Below, piece by piece: positions 37,632 through 46,601 of a DNA stretch of 64,000 nt; the stretch's first letter is position 1; each line of letters starts with the position of its first letter. Made by a program: the position numbers and the translations under genes. Location of the stretch: IMG/VR virus record IMGVR_UViG_3300037245_001419, positions 62,001 to 126,000 of that record. The stretch is one strand, 5' to 3'. The notes beneath the pieces are model-generated. The model was given only the letters and a program-made list of their open reading frames with translations. It did not search any database and was not told the DNA's origin.

Positions 37632-38435
37632 ATGGATGTAAGTGCAGTTGAATGTTCGGCAGTATTTAATATAAATCAACCCCAGGTTATTATGATACCT
37701 GGTTCTATATTTGCAAGTAGTTGCTTTAAGAAAGACTATTTTAATCATTTAACTAACCCGTGTTACGATAATGAAAAGAAAATGTTTGCCAACATAGCCA
37801 CTGAAATGTGGAACCAACAGGGCGTTAAACTCATCTACTACAAAGTTGACTATAACACATCTTACGACAAATTATATGGCGAAGATCGAGATAGACATAT
37901 CGAGAGACAATTCCCATTCCAAGGATACTTTATATTACCTACTGAAGAAGAGCTAATGACTCTATTTGGTATCGATGTAAAAGATATCTTCAAAATATAC
38001 GTAGCTAAACAACACTTCGAAGTCGCTTCTACTCTCAGTAATACAGGCTGTGGAGTATATGAATATGATCCATACGAACCTTGTGAAGGCGATATAATCA
38101 AAGGCAAGTGGAATGATACATTCTATGAAGTCATTGAAGTGAAAGATTCTGAAGGTACAATGCTTCAAACTAAATTAGCATGGACTCTTATTGTTAGAAT
38201 CTTCAGAGATAATCACTTTTCTGTTAATGAATTCCAACCTCCAATACCTTCAGTTAAAGCTAAAGAACTTGAAATATCTGCAGTTACAGATAAACCTACT
38301 GACATTCTCCAAATCAATGAAGAAATTGATGAAGAAAAAGAAGAGTTTCTATTCAATACATCAGCTGCTAACGAAGAACCAATAAACCCAGATCCTTACC
38401 CTCCGGTAAACGACGATCCCTTTGGTGGATGGTAG
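37632..38435 (+). CDS. gp14: neck protein gp14 homolog, copy B
   Basis: YDKLYGEDRDRHI, FGIDVKD, EGDIIK, FYEVIEV and DDPFGGW. Confidence 0.8.
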   Translation: MDVSAVECSAVFNINQPQVIMIPGSIFASSCFKKDYFNHLTNPCYDNEKKMFANIATEMWNQQGVKLIYYKVDYNTSYDKLYGEDRDRHIERQFPFQGYFILPTEEELMTLFGIDVKDIFKIYVAKQHFEVASTLSNTGCGVYEYDPYEPCEGDIIKGKWNDTFYEVIEVKDSEGTMLQTKLAWTLIVRIFRDNHFSVNEFQPPIPSVKAKELEISAVTDKPTDILQINEEIDEEKEEFLFNTSAANEEPINPDPYPPVNDDPFGGW

Positions 38436-38474
38436 TACGATTAAAGCCATTTTAAAGAGGCTGGACAGCATTTA

Positions 38475-38528
38475 AAACTGAAGTATGATAGATAATACTT
38501 CAGTTTGATAGAGGGCCTTAGGGGCCCT
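38475..38528. terminator. two tandem hairpins between the convergent gp14-B and gp13 genes
   Basis: 12-bp stem AAACTGAAGTAT/ATACTTCAGTTT (38475-38506) and AGGGCC/GGCCCT (38512-38528). Confidence 0.6.
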
Positions 38529-38586
38529 TATACGGCTACTTTAGTTGATAATGTTCTTTTGATATAAAACCCATAATCCCTACATG

Positions 38587-39366
38587 TTATGCGATATAAA
38601 AATCTGGTGGTTGACTTTCCGATAAGATAGCATCAGTTGCTTTATCTTCCTCGATTAGAGCGTCTTGATATAAGACATCCCCATTTACCGTAGACTGACC
38701 TGGCATTGTAATACTATATTTCTTTAGATTTGTAGCCCATATCTTTTTTGATTTAGCTACTGCAAGTTGTCTGATGAGAATGTGATTATATAATTTATCA
38801 CATTGTTCACGTCTCCACACACTAACCAGACCCACACCTCCGGCTTCCGGTGTTGGTGTCACTATCAATTCTTTTCTATTTTCTCTGTATTTAACTCCAT
38901 ACATTTTACCAAACATATTATACGCATCATTTTGATACATGAATGCTATTTGAGCACTAGCTAAAGACATTCCTTGTCCGAGAGCAGTTATAGAACCACC
39001 ACCCCCCATTCCACCACCGCCACCACTACCAGCCATGCCGTAGAAGTTAAAGTTGTTTTGTAGGGTCATCCAATATGGATCAAATAAAAGAGATCCACCA
39101 CCAGTGTTATTAAAAGTAATATCGTAGGCATCCTCGATATCATCATCTAAAGGATATGCAGACACCCCAGCAGAAACTGTGAATGCGATATAGTCAGCAA
39201 ACAAAGCTTCACCGTACAGATATCTATAAGCATAATCAATACTATCTTTTATAGATAGATCTATCTGATCATCAGACAGCTCAAGGCAGATTACAGGAGC
39301 ACCCAGTGAAATTTTAATATACTCCCTGAACTGAGTAAGAGTGTTTATTCTATTAGAACATGTCAT
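38587..39366 (-). CDS. gp13: neck protein gp13 (inverted relative to its neighbours)
   Basis: FREYI..SLGAPVI.LELSDDQID and A..K..W..NLKKY....PG...NG..LY..A motifs. Confidence 0.88.
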   Translation of the reverse strand: MTCSNRINTLTQFREYIKISLGAPVICLELSDDQIDLSIKDSIDYAYRYLYGEALFADYIAFTVSAGVSAYPLDDDIEDAYDITFNNTGGGSLLFDPYWMTLQNNFNFYGMAGSGGGGGMGGGGSITALGQGMSLASAQIAFMYQNDAYNMFGKMYGVKYRENRKELIVTPTPEAGGVGLVSVWRREQCDKLYNHILIRQLAVAKSKKIWATNLKKYSITMPGQSTVNGDVLYQDALIEEDKATDAILSESQPPDFYIA

Positions 39367-39404
39367 ATTTTAACCTCTATATATAATAATAAGTGATTTA
39401 CAAA

Positions 39405-39412
39405 TATTTATA
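39405..39412 (-). promoter_or_regulatory. minus-strand late promoter TATAAATA for gp13
   Basis: The plus strand reads TATTTATA about 40 nt upstream of the gp13 ATG. Confidence 0.6.
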
Positions 39413-39428
39413 CTTTATACGGAATAAT

Positions 39429-39749
39429 ATGCCAATATATAGATGTCATTTCCCAGGATGCGATCACGTAACAAGAAATAGAAACCACATAGACTATCAT
39501 CATATCGTCCCCGTACATATGGGCGGTAGCAACAAACCCTTTAATTTAATACCAATATGCCCTACACACCACAGACATATTTTCATTCAAGGTGAGACAC
39601 AGGGTATTCACTCAGTCAGAAACTTAGAATCCATACAAATTAAGCATGTTTTAGAATCAACAGATGGAAAAGTCCTAATATATACAGACATGTATGATGA
39701 CAAAGAAAAGGCTTATTACTTCAATAATAACACAATAATTGACATGTAA
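39429..39749 (+). CDS. HNH endonuclease
   Basis: C..PGC...IDYHHIVP...GGSNKPFNLIPICPTHH motif; ATG at 39429 preferred. Confidence 0.8.
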   Translation: MPIYRCHFPGCDHVTRNRNHIDYHHIVPVHMGGSNKPFNLIPICPTHHRHIFIQGETQGIHSVRNLESIQIKHVLESTDGKVLIYTDMYDDKEKAYYFNNNTIIDM

Positions 39750-39757
39750 TATAAATA
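39750..39757 (+). promoter_or_regulatory. late promoter TATAAATA
   Basis: Exact motif upstream of gp15. Confidence 0.65.
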
Positions 39758-39786
39758 ATTAAAAATAGATAGGTTAAAAGACTCTT

Positions 39787-40644
39787 ATGGGTGGCAATCA
39801 ATACTTTTATTTTAATACGATCAGAGCAATCACTGTTGCTTTTTCTGATCTTTTCAATAATATTCATGTTGAAAGAAAGGACGATGATGGTAATGTAGCT
39901 AAATACTTTAAGTTACCCTTAACATTTGGCCCCGTAAATAAATATCAATTTGTAAAACTAGAAAAAGAATCTGGTAAGAAGTATTATTTACAACTTCCCA
40001 GATTAGCTATTACCCTTGAAGGATTCAAGTATAATGCAGAAAGAGCTACAGGTGTTAACGAAATACGTCACCTACTCTCTACAAGTGCTGACATGGATCT
40101 AGTCGATAGATTTATTACAAGCATCCAACCTACACCATATGACTTTTCATACTCACTCCATGTATTCACAGAAACATTGGATGAGTTTAATCAGGTATTA
40201 GAACAAATAATACCTTTCTTTAATCCAGCAACTCATTTACGGTTAAAAGAATTCGGTTCACTAAACCTCGAACGTGATATTAAAGTATCAATCGAAGGTA
40301 TGAATGTAGAATACATTAACCCCCAGGAAGAAGATGAGAAACGACAGATCAACGGTACATTAACATTCAATGCACAAGCATTCATGTATAGACCATTGAC
40401 AGACGCTGCGATCATTAAAGAGATCAGAACTAAATACTTTGTAAGAGATACTGATGTTACGAGTGCAGGTGTTGCAGAGGTTAATATATTAGCCGAACAA
40501 TACAACACTTCAGGTTTCAGTAATGTCTCTGCAGCCCCAGATACATCAGCCTATGATTTTTCAGCAACATTCGATTACATAGACGTGTCTGACAATTCAA
40601 TTAAAACCGGAGGTGCTTTCACGAGTGCGATAAGGGGAGATTAA
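39787..40644 (+). CDS. gp15: tail terminator / sheath stabiliser
   Basis: YFY..TIR..TVAF..LFNNI, LPR, QPTPY and EQIIPFFNP motifs. Confidence 0.9.
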   Translation: MGGNQYFYFNTIRAITVAFSDLFNNIHVERKDDDGNVAKYFKLPLTFGPVNKYQFVKLEKESGKKYYLQLPRLAITLEGFKYNAERATGVNEIRHLLSTSADMDLVDRFITSIQPTPYDFSYSLHVFTETLDEFNQVLEQIIPFFNPATHLRLKEFGSLNLERDIKVSIEGMNVEYINPQEEDEKRQINGTLTFNAQAFMYRPLTDAAIIKEIRTKYFVRDTDVTSAGVAEVNILAEQYNTSGFSNVSAAPDTSAYDFSATFDYIDVSDNSIKTGGAFTSAIRGD

Positions 40645-40647
40645 TTT

Positions 40648-41232
40648 ATGTCCAAAAAAGACAACTCTACAGATCTAGGTGCACTGAATAAATTATCAGA
40701 TGCGTTAGACGTAGATTTTGAAAGCGAAGAAATTTTGAATAAAGCTAACGAAATACAAGTAAGAAAAAATAATATCGTTGATACCTTGAATAAGGATGAG
40801 TGGACTTTAGATGATAAAATCTACATGGAAGCCGAGATCAAGGAAACCATTTGTGGTGTAGATGACGTTATGGATATGCTCAAGAAAGATATCAAGATCG
40901 GCACACAGCCGAGAACTCACGAAGTGTACGCAACGTTAGCGAAGATCAAAATAGATGCCTTAAAGGAACTTAGAGAACTAAGTAGATCAGTTATAGATAT
41001 GAAACTCGTTAAAGCTAAAGCAACGGGTTCCGGTTCAGCTAGTAATGTTCAAGTCAATAACTATAATATGTCATCGACCGATTTGTTACAGATGGTTAAG
41101 AAAGCTAAAAACAATAACGCTCTTAATGATGTAGAAGCAAAGTTTGAGATTGATGAGAAAGATGTAGCACTCAGTTCACAGAACCCATCAGATGTATCCC
41201 TTAGCTCGAAGAATAAAAACGATGAAATTTAA
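40648..41232 (+). CDS. gp16: small terminase subunit
   Basis: PRTHEVYATL.K...DAL.EL coiled-coil motif; lies between gp15 and gp17. Confidence 0.7.
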   Translation: MSKKDNSTDLGALNKLSDALDVDFESEEILNKANEIQVRKNNIVDTLNKDEWTLDDKIYMEAEIKETICGVDDVMDMLKKDIKIGTQPRTHEVYATLAKIKIDALKELRELSRSVIDMKLVKAKATGSGSASNVQVNNYNMSSTDLLQMVKKAKNNNALNDVEAKFEIDEKDVALSSQNPSDVSLSSKNKNDEI

Positions 41233-41554
41233 AGCCTTCTATGAATTAGATCAGAAAGAACAAGAGATATTTGAAGATGTCTTTAATAGCTATTATAAGA
41301 AAGGCTATTTCGGAGACATTGACAAAGAAGAGATTAAATCCCATCAGCAGGACTGGTTTAAAAAACTCAGTCACTTCATAAAAGAAAAGAACGCTAATGA
41401 ACTCGCAATGGCTTTATCTAATAAAGAGAACAAGCTATCCAGAGAATGGTTTACTCAAATAACCGAATTGAATGTCAGGTACAAAACCAAAGAAAAAATA
41501 TTAGAAATAATAAAGGGTTATGTCGATAAGACACGAAATGAATTGAGGGAATAA
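41222..41554 (+). CDS. hypothetical protein
   Basis: Probable start MKFKAFYE at 41222, overlapping the end of gp16. Confidence 0.65.
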   Translation: MKFKAFYELDQKEQEIFEDVFNSYYKKGYFGDIDKEEIKSHQQDWFKKLSHFIKEKNANELAMALSNKENKLSREWFTQITELNVRYKTKEKILEIIKGYVDKTRNELRE

Positions 41555-41555
41555 T

Positions 41556-42335
41556 ATGTTCAAATTGAAAAGAACAAAACTTGAAAAGAAACATCAGCTA
41601 AAGCAACACACAAAATGCAAAGTTGATATTGTATACTTCGCTGAACATTATGTTAATATCAGCACCACAGACCGTGGTATTCACAAAATAGAGTTATATG
41701 ACTTTCAAAAAAGAGTATTAAATGAGTTTGTCAATAAAGAGTTTTCTCGTAATAGCATTCTATTAGCAGGTAGACAAGCAACAACTACTACTTTAGTTGC
41801 CATTTATATACTATGGTACTCATTATTTCATGAAGATAAATCTATTGCAGTATTACGGAAAAGACAATCATATGCTAATAATATTAATGGAATTATAAGA
41901 ACAGCTTATGATCAATTGCCTGACTGGCTAAAGCCTGGAATAAAAGGCGATAAGACTCGTACAGAATTTGGTACGGGCTGTGTAATACTATATATAAAGT
42001 CACATGAATCAAATCTAGCCTTACGAGGGCAATTTATATCATTGTTATATAGAGAAGAACACGAAGACCCAATAACAAAAGAAGATCAAGATTTTTTCTA
42101 TAGCGTTATACCCACATTATTATCCAGCGCCACAGCTGAAGTAATATTTACTTCGTACAAATCAACAGACGTATACAGAAAGGCTTTAGCTGGTGATAAT
42201 ACTTTTAAGCCTATTAAAATTAACTGGTGGGAAATACCAGGAAGAAGTGAATCATGGAAAAGGGATATGATAAAACATATCGGTCGTGATGGCTTCAATA
42301 AGGAGTTTGAATGTTTAACAACGACCCAAACCTAA
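41556..42335 (+). CDS. degenerate ATPase-domain-only paralog of the large terminase
   Basis: Aligns by eye over its whole length to the gp17 N-domain. Walker A GRQATTTT vs SRQIGKTT, Walker B LLYREE vs LLYLDE; no nuclease domain. Confidence 0.85.
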   Translation: MFKLKRTKLEKKHQLKQHTKCKVDIVYFAEHYVNISTTDRGIHKIELYDFQKRVLNEFVNKEFSRNSILLAGRQATTTTLVAIYILWYSLFHEDKSIAVLRKRQSYANNINGIIRTAYDQLPDWLKPGIKGDKTRTEFGTGCVILYIKSHESNLALRGQFISLLYREEHEDPITKEDQDFFYSVIPTLLSSATAEVIFTSYKSTDVYRKALAGDNTFKPIKINWWEIPGRSESWKRDMIKHIGRDGFNKEFECLTTTQT

Positions 42336-43909
42336 GAGCTGCAGCTGAAAAGATTCGTCTCAGTCCAGAGATACTTACAAAATACGTTAGAGCATCAACA
42401 GATTTAATTTATTTTGCTGAAGAATTTTTCCAGATTGTAAATATAGATGAAGGTAAACAAAAGATACGCTTACATGAGTATCAGAAAAGAGTACTTAAAG
42501 CATTTGTTGGCGATGAAGACCCTCGTATTCATAATATATTACTATCCTCTCGTCAGATTGGTAAGACAACCCTCGCAACCATATACATTCTATGGTATGC
42601 ATTATTTCGGGAAGATAAAGTTATAGCCATCCTTGCGAACAGAGAGAAAACCGCAATGGAAATATTGAGAAGAATTAAGGAAGCCTATCATGAACTTCCT
42701 TTGTGGCTTCAACAAGGTATTGTGGACTGGTCTAAAACTACAATTACATTAGAGAATGGATCAAGAATTCTTTCAGGATCAACTGCGTCTTCATCATTTC
42801 GTGGTGAATCAATTGCATTACTTTATCTTGACGAATTTGCATTCGTACCTACTCACGTAGCTGATGACTTCATACGATCAGTATTCCCTACTATTTCGTC
42901 TGGTAAGACCTCTAAGATCATTATATCGTCAACCCCTAATGGTATGGGGCCGTTCTATCATCTGTACCGTGGGGCCGTTAAAAACGAAAATAACTTTAGA
43001 CCTATTAAGGTTAATTGGTGGGAAGTTCCAGGTAGAGACGAAGAATGGAAAGAAGCTATGATCCGAGATATCGGAGCAATCAGTTTCAACCAGGAATATG
43101 GGGCAGTGTTCTTAGGATCATCAAGCACCCTTATCGATGGTAACTTATTAGAAAGACTAGGCAACTATACTAAAGAACCAATAACAGTAATACATAAACA
43201 TTTAATGAGAGTATATGAAGAGCCAGAGCCTGATGGGTTCTATATTCTCGGTGTTGACTCAGCTAAAGGAACTGGTAATGACTATTCTGTCATACAAGTA
43301 TTAAAAGTTGTAGATGAATATGAGATACATCAAGTAGCCGTATATAGAAACAATATGATTTCTACTAATGATTTTGCTCAAGCAGTGATTGGAGTATCAG
43401 AATACTATAACGGTGCTTATGTCATGATAGAAAATAATGACGTTGGTGGTGAAGTAGCTCAAAGTATGTTCTATGAATTTGAGTTTGAGAACATCCTTAA
43501 CTGTGATAAAGAAGGAATTGGTATTAGATCTACCAAGAAATCTAAATTAGCTGCTAATATTTTACTAAAAAGATATGTAGAAGCCAGTTGGTTACATATT
43601 TATGATAAACAATCGTTTTTCGAACTATCAGTTTATGAAGAAACAGCACCTAATGTGTTTAAAGCATCAGGTAACGAGCACGATGACTGTGTCACATCAA
43701 TGTTCTGGGGTCTTTATTTTGTAAAGACTGAATTTTTTGATGGTAAAGACTTATCTAAGAAAACCATAGCAGAAAAATTTAGATTGAAAGAGGTTACAGA
43801 TGAAGAAGAACCAGTTCTGATTGATGACCGACCTGTAGTTGATGGTGATGGTTTCGACTGGTCTAAAGCAATAGCAGATCATGATAACAGTTTTAATGAT
43901 TTTGCATAA
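42311..43909 (+). CDS. gp17: large terminase subunit
   Basis: SRQIGKTT, LYLDEFAF, SSTPNG; nuclease motifs GVDSAKG.G.DYS, ENN and HDDCV. Confidence 0.97.
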   Translation: MFNNDPNLRAAAEKIRLSPEILTKYVRASTDLIYFAEEFFQIVNIDEGKQKIRLHEYQKRVLKAFVGDEDPRIHNILLSSRQIGKTTLATIYILWYALFREDKVIAILANREKTAMEILRRIKEAYHELPLWLQQGIVDWSKTTITLENGSRILSGSTASSSFRGESIALLYLDEFAFVPTHVADDFIRSVFPTISSGKTSKIIISSTPNGMGPFYHLYRGAVKNENNFRPIKVNWWEVPGRDEEWKEAMIRDIGAISFNQEYGAVFLGSSSTLIDGNLLERLGNYTKEPITVIHKHLMRVYEEPEPDGFYILGVDSAKGTGNDYSVIQVLKVVDEYEIHQVAVYRNNMISTNDFAQAVIGVSEYYNGAYVMIENNDVGGEVAQSMFYEFEFENILNCDKEGIGIRSTKKSKLAANILLKRYVEASWLHIYDKQSFFELSVYEETAPNVFKASGNEHDDCVTSMFWGLYFVKTEFFDGKDLSKKTIAEKFRLKEVTDEEEPVLIDDRPVVDGDGFDWSKAIADHDNSFNDFA

Positions 43910-43943
43910 TTAAGTATAATAGTTAATTAATTAAATCCCAAAT

Positions 43944-43951
43944 TATAAATA
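43944..43951 (+). promoter_or_regulatory. late promoter TATAAATA
   Basis: Exact motif in the gp17-gp18 intergenic region. Confidence 0.65.
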
Positions 43952-44033
43952 ATTAAAAGTGTGATTTATTACACGATATTGATTGATTGAAAGGAGTTTG
44001 TATGTAGTATAATATTATTTAGGAGATTTAATA

Positions 44034-45962
44034 ATGGCTCAAAAATTTATCGCTCCAGGAGTATTCAGAAAAGAACAAGATATCAGCGAAGTTGTAGTCC
44101 CAGCCGGAACCAGTATTGGTGCAATGGTGGGAAAAACTAGCAAAGGTATCGTAAACTCAAGAGTATTGGTTACAACCGACCAAGACTTTCATGAGACATT
44201 TGGTACACCAGTTTCTGGTCTATCTTCTGAAAACGCCTATTACGCAGCGCCAGCATTCTTACAAGAATCTAGCTTCCTATGGTTCGTAAGACCATCATTC
44301 GGAAGCGAACAATACTCAAACCTCGCTATTAACAGTGACCAAACTATATTATCAGGAGACTTCACAGTAGGTACTTTTGGATATACAGGCTCTGCAGCAG
44401 ATGTTTCAGCTCATCCAACAGCTTATGACGATGTTATAACAAGATTAGAAGTAGATGCTAACGACCCTGCATTTGCAACTATCAACCCATTAGATCCAAG
44501 TCAGCTCTTTGCAGAGAATGGATTTGAAGATGGTAATAAAGCAAACAAGATTTTCGATCTTGATAACGCATCTCTAGGATTAATTGCAACAATTTCTGCC
44601 GTAGACACACCTGCTACAAGCGGTATATCAGCTACAGTAGAATTCGATGAAGCACTTATAGTAGGATCTATCGGCCCTGGACTGTACGGTGACGACATCG
44701 GTGTTGCGATCATCACAACCGCCTCTGAACAAAAAGACGGTCTTTTCGATTGGGGATTCACATTTGATGATCCTACAATTATCGGAACTTCTTCAGTGCC
44801 AAGCACTGCAGTAGACGCAACTTGGAAGTCAGTGTACAAGGTTAAACTCTTTACTAAGACTACTGGATCAGATGAATCTATATTCGCTGACAACGGTGGA
44901 ATAAGTGCAGTACCTGATGAAGAATATCTAGTTAGTAATAACCCACAAGCTAAAAATGCTGGTGGTGGTACATTATATGCGCCAGATGTTATTAATGGAT
45001 CTTCACTATTAGCTTACGTCAATCCTTCGGACTTCAAATATCCACAGAATATGACCGTAACAAAAGCTTTAGGCAATGGTCTTGACGATATATCTAATAC
45101 TCCTGCAGAAACAATTGCTGCATGGGATTTATTTGCATCTAGAGATAGAGTAGCAGTTAACATACTAATACCACCCGATGAAGCTTCAGCTTCAAGAGTA
45201 CCTATCTTTGTTAAAGTTGCAACTATTGCAAGTACAAGATTGGACGCTATCGGTGTCGCACAGATTGGCCCTAGAACATTAACTAAACCAACACAAATAG
45301 TTGATTTCTTAAACAACAACGGCTACTCTTACCCAGCTCCTTCGTATATGGCTAACTATGCCGGATATGATGAGATCTACGACAGTTTCACAGACAAAAG
45401 AGTACTTATACCTAAATCAATTTATGGTGCTGTACTAATGGCTAGAACTGACAGAGTAAGTGACACATGGCAAGCACCAGCAGGAATCAACAGAGGGATC
45501 ATACCTTCATTAGATCAAAATATTGTTTTCACAGAACCTGAATTAGGCTTCTTATATGATAACAACATTAACACATCTAAGTTGATCAGAAACACTGGTA
45601 ATGTTATGTGGGGACAAAAAACTGCACAAAGAAAAGCATCAGCATTAGACAGAATAAATGTTAGAAGACTTTTACTATTTGTTGAAAATAGTGTAGAACC
45701 TGGATTACTACCATTTGTTTTCGAACTTAATACTCTATCAACAAGACAGAGAGTATTTGCGGTAGTAAATTCATTTATGTCAACTGTAAGATCTGCAGGT
45801 GGTGTGACTGATTACCAAGTAGTTGTAAATGAGACAAATAACCCACCACAGGTTATTGATAACAACCAACTTAATGTGTCGATTTTTGTACAACCTACAA
45901 AAGTTATCGAATTCATTGAGATGACAGTAATCATAACTCGAACTGGGGTTTCTTTCGCATAA
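44034..45962 (+). CDS. gp18: tail sheath protein
   Basis: APGVFRKEQDIS, W.APAG.NRG, WGQKT...SALDRINVRRL and QP.KVIEFI motifs. Confidence 0.96.
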   Translation: MAQKFIAPGVFRKEQDISEVVVPAGTSIGAMVGKTSKGIVNSRVLVTTDQDFHETFGTPVSGLSSENAYYAAPAFLQESSFLWFVRPSFGSEQYSNLAINSDQTILSGDFTVGTFGYTGSAADVSAHPTAYDDVITRLEVDANDPAFATINPLDPSQLFAENGFEDGNKANKIFDLDNASLGLIATISAVDTPATSGISATVEFDEALIVGSIGPGLYGDDIGVAIITTASEQKDGLFDWGFTFDDPTIIGTSSVPSTAVDATWKSVYKVKLFTKTTGSDESIFADNGGISAVPDEEYLVSNNPQAKNAGGGTLYAPDVINGSSLLAYVNPSDFKYPQNMTVTKALGNGLDDISNTPAETIAAWDLFASRDRVAVNILIPPDEASASRVPIFVKVATIASTRLDAIGVAQIGPRTLTKPTQIVDFLNNNGYSYPAPSYMANYAGYDEIYDSFTDKRVLIPKSIYGAVLMARTDRVSDTWQAPAGINRGIIPSLDQNIVFTEPELGFLYDNNINTSKLIRNTGNVMWGQKTAQRKASALDRINVRRLLLFVENSVEPGLLPFVFELNTLSTRQRVFAVVNSFMSTVRSAGGVTDYQVVVNETNNPPQVIDNNQLNVSIFVQPTKVIEFIEMTVIITRTGVSFA

Positions 45963-45973
45963 AGTTACCAAAA

Positions 45974-45995
45974 GAAGGGCGAAAGCCCTTCCTTT
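45974..45995 (+). terminator. GNRA-loop hairpin, probable partial terminator or mRNA stabiliser
   Basis: GAAGGGC-GAAA-GCCCTTC with a short T tail between the sheath and tube genes. Confidence 0.6.
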
Positions 45996-46020
45996 AAAAG
46001 TTTTTTAAAAGGAGAAAAAT

Positions 46021-46596
46021 ATGCCTCAAAAGCAATTTCACATAAACCAACGAATATCAAAAAATAAAGATATTCTAAGACAGTATCTCTTTGAAGTGAG
46101 AATTCCTACGCCACCAGGCTTACAGAATGCATGGGACGAAGATGATATGGTTATAAGAGTAAGAACCGCTCAGATACCAGCTCGTGGGAACGAACCTATC
46201 CAGAGTGATTTTTTCGGTATGAAAAGATTTTATCATGGTAAAGTAAACTATGAAAATACATTAACTCTTCAAATAGAAGAATATGATGATACAAAATCTA
46301 TGCTCAGATTCGAACAATGGAATAACTTACTCACTGACATGAATCATAAACAGAATTCTGGTGCAGCAAAAGAGACAAGAGAACAACTTATTAGTGATAT
46401 AGAATTAATAACTTATAAAGCTAATGGTCATGAAACAGAAGCTCACGTAACACTTTACAATGCTTTTATTAGCAATGTAGCTACAGTATCGCTTGCATAT
46501 GGAGTAAATGAATCTGTAAAATATGAAGTAGTTTTCACATACGACTACTGGTTATTTACAGATCCTAACAACACAGATTCACCAGTAGATGATTAA
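46021..46596 (+). CDS. gp19: tail tube protein
   Basis: YLFEV.IP, TAQIPA, G...YHGK..Y...LTL, FEQW and FTYDYW; follows the sheath gene. Confidence 0.88.
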   Translation: MPQKQFHINQRISKNKDILRQYLFEVRIPTPPGLQNAWDEDDMVIRVRTAQIPARGNEPIQSDFFGMKRFYHGKVNYENTLTLQIEEYDDTKSMLRFEQWNNLLTDMNHKQNSGAAKETREQLISDIELITYKANGHETEAHVTLYNAFISNVATVSLAYGVNESVKYEVVFTYDYWLFTDPNNTDSPVDD

Positions 46597-46601
46597 TAAC
46601 T

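Noticed and set aside
588-45962. Introns or inteins in gp41, gp43, gp17, gp20 or gp23
   Set aside because: All are continuous, of ordinary length, and show no intein or homing-endonuclease motifs.
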